A stretch of DNA of 64,000 nucleotides from Rhodospirillales bacterium (GTDB lineage Bacteria; Pseudomonadota; Alphaproteobacteria; Rhodospirillales; SHVU01), in NCBI GenBank assembly GCA_009691105.1, contig SHVU01000001.1, positions 22,882-86,881 of the forward strand. Reading direction: 5' to 3'. Numbering within the stretch: the stretch's first letter is position 1; each line of letters opens with the position of its first letter. This document shows, one piece after another, positions 8,097 through 16,650 of the stretch. Made by a program: the position numbers and the translations under genes. The notes beneath the pieces are model-generated. The model had not been told where the DNA came from, searched no databases, and saw only the letters and a list, made by a program, of their open reading frames with translations.

Positions 8097-8962
8097 CGGC
8101 CGCTGGGCCAGGCAGCGGGCCAAGCGGTCGGGCCCGCGTTGCTGGTGTGATCGGGTGGCCGACCGGCCATTCGTTGTCGCCGCGGCTTCACGGCTTTTGG
8201 CTTCGCGCCCACGGCGTCGACGGCGCGTATGTGCCGCTTCCGGTGCGGCCCGAAGATTTCGAAACCGCGATCCGGACGCTGGCCAAGCTCGGGTTCTCCG
8301 GCGCCAACATCACGGTGCCGCATAAGGAACGCGCGCTTCGGATTTGCGACGACGTCGAAGATCAGGCTCGCCGCATCGGCGCGGTGAACACGCTGGTCGT
8401 GCGCGACGGAAAGATTCTCGGCCGCAACACCGATGCCTACGGGTTCGTCGCCAATCTCAAAGCGGCACGACCGGCGCTGAATCTTCGCGCCGCTCCCGCC
8501 GCTGTTATCGGCGCCGGCGGCGCGGCCCGGGCCGTCGCCGCGGCGCTGATCGACGAAGGCGTTCCGGAATTGCGCATCGCCAATCGGACCGCCGAACGGG
8601 CCGAGGTTTTGGCCCGCGCTCTCGGCCCGAAACTCACGGTCGTTCCCTGGGACCAGCGCGCCGCGATGCTCGATGGCGCCGGGTTGCTGGTGAACACCAC
8701 GACCCAAGGCATGACGCCGAACCCGCCCCTCGATCTGGCGCTCGACCGCTTGCCGAAGACCGCGGTCGTCAACGACCTCGTTTATGTGCCGATCGAAACG
8801 CCTCTGCTCGCCGCCGCCAAGGCGCGCGGCAATCCGACGGTCGATGGTCTTGGCATGCTTCTCTATCAAGCGAAGCCCGCGTTCGCGGCGTTCTTCGGCG
8901 TCGAGCCCGAGGTCACGCCGGAGCTTCGCGCCTTCGTTCTCGCCGGCCTCGCCACACGATGA
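8093..8962 (+). CDS. aroE: shikimate dehydrogenase (NADP+)
   Basis: 289 aa with canonical motifs GHSLSPRLH, NITVPHK, GRNTDAYGF, GAGGAARA, LLYQA. The GTG start overlaps the upstream stop (GTGA at 8093-8096). Confidence 0.9.
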   Translation: MTAAGPGSGPSGRARVAGVIGWPTGHSLSPRLHGFWLRAHGVDGAYVPLPVRPEDFETAIRTLAKLGFSGANITVPHKERALRICDDVEDQARRIGAVNTLVVRDGKILGRNTDAYGFVANLKAARPALNLRAAPAAVIGAGGAARAVAAALIDEGVPELRIANRTAERAEVLARALGPKLTVVPWDQRAAMLDGAGLLVNTTTQGMTPNPPLDLALDRLPKTAVVNDLVYVPIETPLLAAAKARGNPTVDGLGMLLYQAKPAFAAFFGVEPEVTPELRAFVLAGLATR

Positions 8963-9621
8963 TCATTGTCGGGCTGACCGGCTCGATCGGCATGGGCAAG
9001 ACGACGACGGCCGCGGCCTTTCGCCGGCTGGGGATTCCCGTTCACGACGCCGACCGCGTCGTGCATGGGTTGACCGCGCCCGGCGGAAAAATACTTCCCG
9101 TGATCGAAAAAGCGTTTCCGGGATCGGTGATCGCGGGTCGCCTAGATCGCGCCGGCCTCGGCAAGCGAGTCTTCGACGATCCGAAAGCGCTGGCCCGGCT
9201 GGAAGCGATCCTGCATCCCCAAGTCCGCGCCGCGAAACTCGACTTCCTCGACAACGCCGCCCGGCGTCGCGAGCCCATCGTCGTTCTCGATATCCCGCTG
9301 CTCTTCGAAAAAGGTTCCGACCGGTGGTGCGACGTGGTCGTCGTGGCCTCCGCGCCGCCAACGATTCAAGCCCGTCGCGTCCTTGCCCGTCCCGGCATGA
9401 GTGCGGCGAAGTTGGCCGCCGTTCTTGGTCGTCAGGTGAGCGACCGCGTCAAGCGCCGCCGTGCAGATTTCATCGTGGATACCGGCTTGGGCTTGAGTTA
9501 TGCCTTCCGTCAGGTCCGCCGCATCGTCGTTCAGGTTCGGAAGCGACGCGGCACCAGCTGGCCCTTTCGTGGGCGCATGGGTCGGCAGCGTGCCGACGCG
9601 CGAACCGTCCGAGGCACATGA
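8959..9621 (+). CDS. coaE: dephospho-CoA kinase
   Basis: MIIVGLTGSIGMGKTT P-loop N-terminus, and ILHPQVR. ATG 8959 overlaps the aroE stop (ATGA). The track ORF's long Arg-rich N-terminal extension is out-of-frame overlap with aroE. Confidence 0.9.
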   Translation: MIIVGLTGSIGMGKTTTAAAFRRLGIPVHDADRVVHGLTAPGGKILPVIEKAFPGSVIAGRLDRAGLGKRVFDDPKALARLEAILHPQVRAAKLDFLDNAARRREPIVVLDIPLLFEKGSDRWCDVVVVASAPPTIQARRVLARPGMSAAKLAAVLGRQVSDRVKRRRADFIVDTGLGLSYAFRQVRRIVVQVRKRRGTSWPFRGRMGRQRADARTVRGT

Positions 9622-10289
9622 CGCGCGAAATCATTCTCGATACAGAAACCACCGGACTCGATCACTCTACCGGCGATCGCATCGTCGAGATCGGCTGCGT
9701 CGAGCTCGACCATCATCGCCCGACCGGCCGGACCTTTCAGCGCTACCTCAATCCCGATCGCGACATGCCGGCCGGCGCCGTAGCCGTCCACGGACTGACC
9801 CGCGAATTCCTGTCGCGCCATCCGCGCTTCGCTCAAGTCGTCGACGATTTTCTGACGTTCATCGGCGACGCGCCGCTGGTCATCCACAATGCCGAATTCG
9901 ACGTCGGCTTCATCAATGCGGAACTGACGCGGGCCGGCCGGCCGCTCATCTTGATCGAGCGTGCTGTCGATACCGTGACCATTGCCCGGCGACGTTTTCC
10001 CGGCGCTCCGGCCAGCCTCGACGCGCTCTGCCGTCGCTTCGCGATCGACGTCAGCCAGCGCACGCTGCACGGCGCCCTCAAGGACGCCGATCTACTGGCG
10101 AAGGTTTATTTCGAATTGATCGGTGGCCGCGAGCCGACCCTGGCGCTGGCCGCCGGCATTCAAGTGTCGTTGGGTCCGGTGGCGACGGGCCCGGTGCGGC
10201 CAAAGCGGCCTCACGCGCCGACTCCCGCCGAAATCGAAGCGCATACGCGCTTCGTCGATAAGCTTAAGAACCCGATTTGGCGGGGCTAG
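9618..10289 (+). CDS. dnaQ: DNA polymerase III subunit epsilon (3'-5' exonuclease)
   Basis: MTREIILDTETTGLD (Exo I), VIHNAEFDVGF (Exo II), HGALKDADLLAKVY (Exo III). ATG 9618 overlaps the coaE stop (ATGA). Confidence 0.92.
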   Translation: MTREIILDTETTGLDHSTGDRIVEIGCVELDHHRPTGRTFQRYLNPDRDMPAGAVAVHGLTREFLSRHPRFAQVVDDFLTFIGDAPLVIHNAEFDVGFINAELTRAGRPLILIERAVDTVTIARRRFPGAPASLDALCRRFAIDVSQRTLHGALKDADLLAKVYFELIGGREPTLALAAGIQVSLGPVATGPVRPKRPHAPTPAEIEAHTRFVDKLKNPIWRG

Positions 10290-10812
10290 CCGGGGCTGCG
10301 TCTCCGGCTTTCGCGGCCTGCTGCGCCGCGAGCTTGCGCTCGCGATACATCTGCACGAAATCGACCGGCGAGATCAGCAGCGGCGGGAAGCCGCCGTCGC
10401 GGGTGATGTCGGCAACGATATGGCGGGCGAACGGGAACAACAGGCGCGGGCATTCGATCAGGAGGACGAGTTCCAACTGATCCTGCGGAACCTTCAAGGT
10501 GAAGGTGCCGCCGTAGACCAGCTCGAGGATGAACCCGACCGTCTCGCCGGATTTGCACTCCGAGTGGATGCGGATCACGACCTCGAAGACGTCGGGCTGC
10601 AGATTGGCGGCCCGAACGTCGATGGCGACGCTGATCTCGGGCGGGGTCTGCTGGAAATGCTGGAAGACGCGGGGCGCGCCGGGCGCCTCGAACGACAAGT
10701 CCTTGATGTATTGGACGTGCAGCGTAATCGGGGCGTCGCCCGCGGCGGCGGGTCCGCCGGCTGCGCCTGTCGCCGGCGCGGCTGCGGCGCTCGGCCCTTG
10801 GTTCTCGCTCAT
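10264..10812 (-). CDS. secB: protein-export chaperone SecB
   Basis: C-terminal 182 aa of the track ORF: ITLHVQYIKDLSFEAP..., ECPRLLFPFARHIVADITRDGGFPPLLISPVDF. ATG at 10812. Confidence 0.9.
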   Translation of the reverse strand: MSENQGPSAAAAPATGAAGGPAAAGDAPITLHVQYIKDLSFEAPGAPRVFQHFQQTPPEISVAIDVRAANLQPDVFEVVIRIHSECKSGETVGFILELVYGGTFTLKVPQDQLELVLLIECPRLLFPFARHIVADITRDGGFPPLLISPVDFVQMYRERKLAAQQAAKAGDAAPASPAKSGS

Positions 10813-10993
10813 CGTCGATGCCCCCGTCAGTGGATTGCGGCTGGCTATCATGGATCGGCGATGCCGACAACCGGTGCGGCCCCGGAACGGACTATTCCGA
10901 AGGCGGCCGAAGGAGAGGGTCCATCGGGCTGGACCTGATGCGTGCGGACCGCTAACGTTATTGGTCGGGCCCAAGCGCGGCCTCGGAGACGGC

Positions 10994-11638
10994 ATGGGCG
11001 ACGGGTTCCAGTTCATCGATCTGATCTTCTTCGCGATGGTTGCCGCCTTTTTGGTGCTGCGCCTGCGTGGCGTCCTCGGTCGGCGTACCGGCACCAAGAC
11101 CGGACATACGGATCCCTTCAAGAGCCGCCCCGCCGAGCCCGCGCCCGTCACCGACGCCAAGCCGGCCCGCGCCAAGGCGGAATCGCCGCTCGAAGCGACG
11201 CTGACCGAGATTGGCATCGCCGATCCCAAGTTCGATAAAAAGGAATTTCTGTCCGGCGCGCGGATGGCGTTCGAAATGATCCTGGGCGCTTTCGCTGGCG
11301 GCGACCGCGCCGCGCTGAAGCCGATGCTGAGCCCCGAGGTTTATTCCAACTTCTCGCAAGTCATTAGCGATCGCGAAAAGGCCGGCAACAAACTCGACCA
11401 GACGATTGTCGCGACCAAGGCCGCCGACATCGCCGACGCCAGCTTGGACGGATCGACCGCTCAGATCACCGTCAAATTCACGAGCGAGCAGATCAACGCG
11501 TTGCGTGATTCTGCCGGCACCGTCATCGAGGGCGATGCCAAGACCCCGACCACCGTTGTCGATTTCTGGATTTTTGCCCGCGATACCCGCTCGCGCGATC
11601 CCAATTGGACGCTCATTGGAACGCAGAGCCTGGAGTAA
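10994..11638 (+). CDS. Tim44-like domain protein (membrane-anchored)
   Basis: N-terminal TM helix (FIDLIFFAMVAAFLVLRL) followed by a Tim44-like domain (FLSGARMAFEMILGAFAGGD..., WIFARD). Sits between secB and mltA, the usual alphaproteobacterial position. Confidence 0.85.
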   Translation: MGDGFQFIDLIFFAMVAAFLVLRLRGVLGRRTGTKTGHTDPFKSRPAEPAPVTDAKPARAKAESPLEATLTEIGIADPKFDKKEFLSGARMAFEMILGAFAGGDRAALKPMLSPEVYSNFSQVISDREKAGNKLDQTIVATKAADIADASLDGSTAQITVKFTSEQINALRDSAGTVIEGDAKTPTTVVDFWIFARDTRSRDPNWTLIGTQSLE

Positions 11639-12737
11639 AGCGGCGGCCGTCGCCCTTCTCGTCGCGGCCTGCGTCCCTAATCCGCCGCCGTCACCACCCG
11701 GCCCGGTCGCGCCTCCGCAACCCGCCGGCCTTCGCCTCGAAACAATAACCTTCGGCGCGCTCCCCGGTTGGCGAAGCGACACGCACGCCGACGCGATCCC
11801 GGCGTTGCGGCGCAGCTGTCCGGTTCTCGAAACGAAAGGTCCCGCCCCCGCCGTGGCGAAGCTGGCCGGCGGTCTCGCCGACTGGCGTCCGATTTGCGCT
11901 GCCGTCGCCCAGGTCGCGCCCGGGCCCGACGCGGCACGGCGTTTCTTCGAAGATTGGTTCCGGCCTTTTGCGGCGACCGACACCGCCCGATCGGATCTGA
12001 TCACCGGATACTACGAACCGGACCTGTCGGGCTCGCGGACCCGGGGCGGTCCGTACCAAGTGCCGCTCTACGCCCCGCCCGCCGATCTTGCCAGCCGTCA
12101 GCCCTATTTCACCCGCGCCGAAATTAATCGCGGCGAGCTCGCCGGCCGTAACCTCGAAATTCTTTGGCTCGCCGATCCGGTCGATGCGTTCTTTCTGCAC
12201 GTTCAAGGCTCGGGACGAGTCGCATTGCCCGATGGCCGGACGCTGCGCGTCGGCTTCGCCGGTGCGAACAACCACGCCTATGTCGCCATCGGTCGCGAGT
12301 TGGTGCGCGACGGCGCCATTCCCGAAGGCGAGGTTACGGCGCCGCGGATTCGGGAATGGCTTGCCGCCAATCCCACGCGCCGCGCCGAAATGTTGGCGCG
12401 CAATCCGCGCTACATTTTTTTTCGGATCGTCGAGGGCGACGGGCCGGTCGGCGCCCAAGGCGTTGCCCTGACGCCGGGACGAAGCTTGGCTGTCGATCCA
12501 ACCCATCTGCCGCTCGGGATTCCGATCTGGCTCGACGCCGTCGATCCGCTGACGCGTTTGGCGATGCGCCGCCTCGTCGTCGCCCAGGATACCGGCAACG
12601 CCATCCGGGGCGCCGTGCGGGCCGATCTCTTTCTCGGCGCCGGACAGGACGCCGAAACCCGCGCCGGGGCCATGCGCGATCGTGGCCGGCTGTATCTGCT
12701 GATTCCGAAAACCGTTCCGGCCGCCGCCGGAAGCTAG
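11616..12737 (+). CDS. mltA: murein transglycosylase A (lipoprotein)
   Basis: MltA and 3D domains (TGYYEP, FFLHVQGSG, GRSLAVDP, VAQDTGNAIRG). TTG 11616 yields the lipoprotein signal M-ERRAWSKAAAVALLVAAC. The start is inferred. Confidence 0.85.
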   Translation: MERRAWSKAAAVALLVAACVPNPPPSPPGPVAPPQPAGLRLETITFGALPGWRSDTHADAIPALRRSCPVLETKGPAPAVAKLAGGLADWRPICAAVAQVAPGPDAARRFFEDWFRPFAATDTARSDLITGYYEPDLSGSRTRGGPYQVPLYAPPADLASRQPYFTRAEINRGELAGRNLEILWLADPVDAFFLHVQGSGRVALPDGRTLRVGFAGANNHAYVAIGRELVRDGAIPEGEVTAPRIREWLAANPTRRAEMLARNPRYIFFRIVEGDGPVGAQGVALTPGRSLAVDPTHLPLGIPIWLDAVDPLTRLAMRRLVVAQDTGNAIRGAVRADLFLGAGQDAETRAGAMRDRGRLYLLIPKTVPAAAGS

Positions 12738-12798
12738 TCCGGCGGCCCTGTGCCGCCGGCCCTTGCCAAGTCCGGCCGGCCGTTCCACCATTCCGGTC

Positions 12799-13578
12799 AT
12801 GGCCGAAACCTCACCCGATGTCGCGTTGTTCGCGACCTGTCTTGTCGATGCGTTTCGGCCGTCGGTCGGCTTCGCAGCTGCGAAGCTTGTGGAAGAATCT
12901 GGCAGCCGCGTCGTCGTTCCCGAGGCCCAGACCTGCTGCGGGCAACCGGCCTACAACTCTGGCGACCGGGCGACCGCGACGAAAATCGCCAAGCAGGTCG
13001 TCGATACCTTCGCGCCGTTTGCCGCCGTCGTCGTGCCGTCGGGATCCTGCGCCGGCATGATCAAGCAGCATTATCCAGCCCTGCTCGCCGACGATCCGGC
13101 TTACGCCGCCAAAGCCAAAGCGCTGGCCGCTAAGACCCACGAGCTGCTCGCGTACCTTGTCGACGTTCGCAAGATGACCCGCTGTGCGGCCCGGTGTTCG
13201 CGGACCGCGACCTATCATGATTCCTGTTCGGGTTTGCGCGAGCTCGGCGTCAAAGCCCAGCCCCGGACTCTGCTGAAGTCCGTCGACGGGCTGGCATTGA
13301 TCGAAGCCCCAAACGCCGAAACCTGTTGCGGCTTTGGCGGCACTTTCTGCGTCAAATATCCCGAAGTTTCGACCCGCATCGTCGACGCCAAAATCACCGA
13401 CGCCATCGCGACGGGAGCCGATCTGGTGCTGGGTGGCGATCTCGGCTGCCTCATGACCATCGCCGGGCGCTTGTCGCGCCAAGGCTCGACGGTCGAAGTT
13501 CGCCACGTCGCCGAAGTGCTGGCTGGTCTCGACGACCGTCCGGCGATAGGCGTCGCCAAAACGCCGCCGCAAGGCTGA
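12799..13578 (+). CDS. lutA: lactate utilization protein A, (Fe-S)-binding CCG-domain oxidoreductase
   Basis: VALFATCLVDAF..., CCGQPAYNSG, CCGFGGTF (two CCG motifs). Start placed at ATG 12799 (MAETSPD). Confidence 0.85.
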   Translation: MAETSPDVALFATCLVDAFRPSVGFAAAKLVEESGSRVVVPEAQTCCGQPAYNSGDRATATKIAKQVVDTFAPFAAVVVPSGSCAGMIKQHYPALLADDPAYAAKAKALAAKTHELLAYLVDVRKMTRCAARCSRTATYHDSCSGLRELGVKAQPRTLLKSVDGLALIEAPNAETCCGFGGTFCVKYPEVSTRIVDAKITDAIATGADLVLGGDLGCLMTIAGRLSRQGSTVEVRHVAEVLAGLDDRPAIGVAKTPPQG

Positions 13579-13588
13579 GGCGAACGCC

Positions 13589-15004
13589 ATGGACGCCACC
13601 AGCCACACATTTTCGGCGAACGCGCGGACGGCCCTCGCCGACGTCAAACTGCAACGCGCCCTCGATCGCTTGGCCGAAGGTTTCCCGGCGCGACGCCGTG
13701 ACGCCGTGGCCCGACTTCCGGAGTTCGATGCGCTGCGCGACGCCGCGGTCGCCATCAAGGATCACACGATCCTGAATCTCGATCGCTATCTCGAACGCTT
13801 CGAGGCGAAAGTCCTCGAAGCCGGCGGGCGCGTTCATTGGTGCCGGGACGCCGCCGAAGCCCGGGCGACGATCCTTTCGATCTGCACCCGAGCCAAAGCG
13901 AAGTCGGTGACCAAGGGCAAGACCATGGTCGGCGAGGAAATCGCCATCAACGATCACTTGGCCGCCAACGGCCTCGATGTCGTCGAAACCGATCTCGGCG
14001 AATACATCATCCAGCTGCGCGGCGAACCGCCGAGCCACATCATCGCCCCGGCGATTCATCTGTCCAAAGACCAGGTCGCGGACACCTTCCGCAAAGCCCA
14101 CGGCACCTTGCCGCCGGCCCGGCCCCTGACCGAGTCGCGCGCGCTGCTCGAAGAAGCCCGCACGGTTCTGCGCAGCCGTTTTCTCGGCGCCGATGTCGGC
14201 ATTACCGGCGCGAATTTTCTGATCGCCGAAACCGGCTCGACGGTGACGGTCACCAACGAGGGCAACGCCGAACTCACCATGACGTTGCCCCGCGTCCATA
14301 TTGTGCTCGCCAGCATCGAGAAGGTCGTGCCGACCCTCGAAGACGCGGCGACGATGCTGCGCGTCTTGGCGCGCTCGGCCACGGGCCAAGACGTCTCGGT
14401 CTACACCAGCTTCGCGACTGGGCCGCGCCGGCCCGGCGATCTCGATGGGCCGGAAGAATTCAACGTCGTGCTGTTGGACAACGGGCGCAGCGCCATGCTC
14501 GAAGGCGAGCTGCGCGAGATGCTGCGCTGTATCCGCTGCGGGGCTTGCTTGAATCACTGTCCGGTCTACGCCGCGGTTGGCGGGCATGCTTACGGCTGGG
14601 TCTATTCAGGCCCCATGGGCGCGGTGCTGACCCCGGCTTTGATCGGCCTCGATCCCGCCAAGCACTTGCCCGAAGCCTCGACGCTTTGCGGACGCTGCGA
14701 AGAAGTCTGCCCGATGCGGATTCCGATTCCGAAAATGCTCCGCCATTGGCGCGAGCGCAGCTGGCAACGCGGTCCGAGCGCGACGCGTAGCCGCTTCGGG
14801 CTTGCGGTCTGGGCGTTCGTCGCGGCCCGGCCCCGGCTCTATCGCTGGGCGACGGGCGCGGTCGCGGCGTTGCTGGCGCGGCTCGCCACGCGGGGCCGTT
14901 TCGCGTGGTTGCCGTTCGCGAGCGCCTGGACCGGGACGCGCGATTTCCCGGCGCCCGAAGGTCGCGGCTTCGTTGCTTCTTGGAATCGCGGAGAGCGCCG
15001 ATGA
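13589..15004 (+). CDS. lutB: lactate utilization protein B (LutB/LldF iron-sulfur protein)
   Basis: 471 aa. LUD domain plus ferredoxin-type clusters CIRCGACLNHCPVY and CGRCEEVCPMRIP. Confidence 0.9.
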   Translation: MDATSHTFSANARTALADVKLQRALDRLAEGFPARRRDAVARLPEFDALRDAAVAIKDHTILNLDRYLERFEAKVLEAGGRVHWCRDAAEARATILSICTRAKAKSVTKGKTMVGEEIAINDHLAANGLDVVETDLGEYIIQLRGEPPSHIIAPAIHLSKDQVADTFRKAHGTLPPARPLTESRALLEEARTVLRSRFLGADVGITGANFLIAETGSTVTVTNEGNAELTMTLPRVHIVLASIEKVVPTLEDAATMLRVLARSATGQDVSVYTSFATGPRRPGDLDGPEEFNVVLLDNGRSAMLEGELREMLRCIRCGACLNHCPVYAAVGGHAYGWVYSGPMGAVLTPALIGLDPAKHLPEASTLCGRCEEVCPMRIPIPKMLRHWRERSWQRGPSATRSRFGLAVWAFVAARPRLYRWATGAVAALLARLATRGRFAWLPFASAWTGTRDFPAPEGRGFVASWNRGERR

Positions 15005-15654
15005 GCGTCGCCCGCGCCGCCGTGCTGTCGTCCGTGCGTCGCGCCCTCGGGGCTCGCCCATCGGCAAGCGGCGTCGAAGCCCGGCTGACCGAGCCTCCGC
15101 CGGGAGTCATCCCGGCGCGGGGCCGCAACGACAGCGTCGCGATGTTTCTGGAAGGCGCGGCCCGGGTCGGAACGACCGTGGATCGCGCCGCGTCGGCCGC
15201 CGAAGTTCCGGCGCGCATCGCCGCGTATCTCGCCGAACGAAACCTGTCGACCGCGATCAAGCTGGCGCCCGATCCGGATCTTCGTGATCTGCCGTGGGCC
15301 GAGGCCCAGCTCCAGACCCGCGAAGGGCGCGGCGAGGACCACGACACGGTCAGTGTCGTGCAAGCCTTCGCCGCCGTCGCCGAAACCGGAACGCTGGTGA
15401 TGATCTCAGGCGCGGAGAGCCCGACGACGCTCAATTGTCTTCCCGACACGCATATCGTCGTCGTCCATAGCCGCGATCTGGTCGGCGCCTATGACGATGC
15501 CTGGGCGCGGCTTCGGGCTCGGGGCGCCTTGCCGCGTCTCGTCACCTGGATCACCGGGCCTTCGCGGACCGCCGACATCGAACAGGAAATCCTGGTCGGC
15601 ATTCACGGACCACGCCGCCTTCACGTCGTGATGATCGATGACGGACAAGCGTAG
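15001..15654 (+). CDS. lutC: lactate utilization protein C (LUD domain)
   Basis: ATG 15001 overlaps the lutB stop (ATGA). LUD-domain pattern ...AETGTLVM...SG..., ...DTHIVVV... Confidence 0.8.
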   Translation: MSVARAAVLSSVRRALGARPSASGVEARLTEPPPGVIPARGRNDSVAMFLEGAARVGTTVDRAASAAEVPARIAAYLAERNLSTAIKLAPDPDLRDLPWAEAQLQTREGRGEDHDTVSVVQAFAAVAETGTLVMISGAESPTTLNCLPDTHIVVVHSRDLVGAYDDAWARLRARGALPRLVTWITGPSRTADIEQEILVGIHGPRRLHVVMIDDGQA

Positions 15655-16177
15655 AAAAAACCGCACCTGGGTGGACGACGCGATGGCCTGGGAACGCGTC
15701 GCTGAAACCGTGAAGCCGTTGAAGCCGGGCGCGCGGCGGGCGCTCGAAACCCCGGTGCCGGTGCGGCCCGAACCGGTCCGCCTTGCCGCGCCGCGCAAAG
15801 CCCCGGTGGGTGCCGAAGTGCCGCGACCGCAAGCGCCCGAGCCGACCGCCACGGCCGATCCGAAAATGCTGCGCCGTCTGCGGCGTGGCGAATACGTCAT
15901 CGACGCCACTCTCGATCTGCATCACCAGACCTTGGATCAGGCCCATCGCTCGCTCCGGCGCTTTATAGACGTCGCCTATCAAACCGGGCGCCGCACTATT
16001 CTGGTGATTACCGGCCGTGGCCTTGGGCCGAACGGTGCCACCGGTAAGATCCGCGCCGCCGTGCCGCGCTGGCTGGACGAGCCCGGCTTTCGCGAGCGCA
16101 TCCTCGGCGTCACCCCGGCGCAACCCCGCGACGGCGGGGCCGGAGCGCTTTATGTTCTGATCCGGCGCAAACGATGA
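15638..16177 (+). CDS. Smr domain protein (MutS2-like small nuclease domain)
   Basis: C-terminal Smr domain DATLDLHHQTLDQAHRSLRRFID...ILVITGRG...ALYVLIRR. Confidence 0.8.
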   Translation: MTDKRRKNRTWVDDAMAWERVAETVKPLKPGARRALETPVPVRPEPVRLAAPRKAPVGAEVPRPQAPEPTATADPKMLRRLRRGEYVIDATLDLHHQTLDQAHRSLRRFIDVAYQTGRRTILVITGRGLGPNGATGKIRAAVPRWLDEPGFRERILGVTPAQPRDGGAGALYVLIRRKR

Positions 16178-16596
16178 AACAACCCAAACCACAGCGACGC
16201 AGTTTTCCCGGGATGACGCCGTTCGGTGCCAAGGTGCGTGCTTTGCGCAACGGTCGCGGCGTTACCCAGAAAGCCATGGCCTCGGCGCTTGGCGTGTCGG
16301 CGGCGTACTTGTCGGCGCTCGAACACGGCCAGCGTGGTCGGCCATCGCCCGCCATGGTCCGCCAGATCTGCGCCTATTTCGGATTGATGTGGGACGACGC
16401 CGATCAGCTCAAGCGGCTCGCCCAGATTTCGCACCCGCGCATCGTCGTCGACACCGGCGGGCTCTCGCCCAAAGCCACCGAGCTCGCCAACTTGTTGGCT
16501 GAGCGCATCGGCACCCTCGACGACGAGACGGTCGACTGGCTGTTGTCGGAAATCATGTCGGCGGGCGGGCGCAAATCCGAAGGCCCGACGCACTAA
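16174..16596 (+). CDS. XRE-family helix-turn-helix transcriptional regulator
   Basis: HTH segment VRALRNGRGVTQKAMASALGVSAAYLSALEHGQRG. ATG 16174 overlaps the Smr stop (ATGA). Confidence 0.75.
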   Translation: MKQPKPQRRSFPGMTPFGAKVRALRNGRGVTQKAMASALGVSAAYLSALEHGQRGRPSPAMVRQICAYFGLMWDDADQLKRLAQISHPRIVVDTGGLSPKATELANLLAERIGTLDDETVDWLLSEIMSAGGRKSEGPTH

Positions 16597-16650
16597 CCGC
16601 GCGTGACCCGTCCGCGAGGCTGATCGCGTGCCGCGAGCGAGAGCCGCGCG

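Noticed and set aside
8344-10289. Long N-terminal extensions of the coaE (425 aa) and dnaQ (501 aa) track ORFs
   Set aside because: The extensions are Arg/Pro/Ser-rich alternative-frame translations of aroE and coaE. The conserved N-termini (MIIVGLTGSIGMGKT, MTREIILDTETTG) begin at ATGs 8959 and 9618, each overlapping the previous stop as ATGA.
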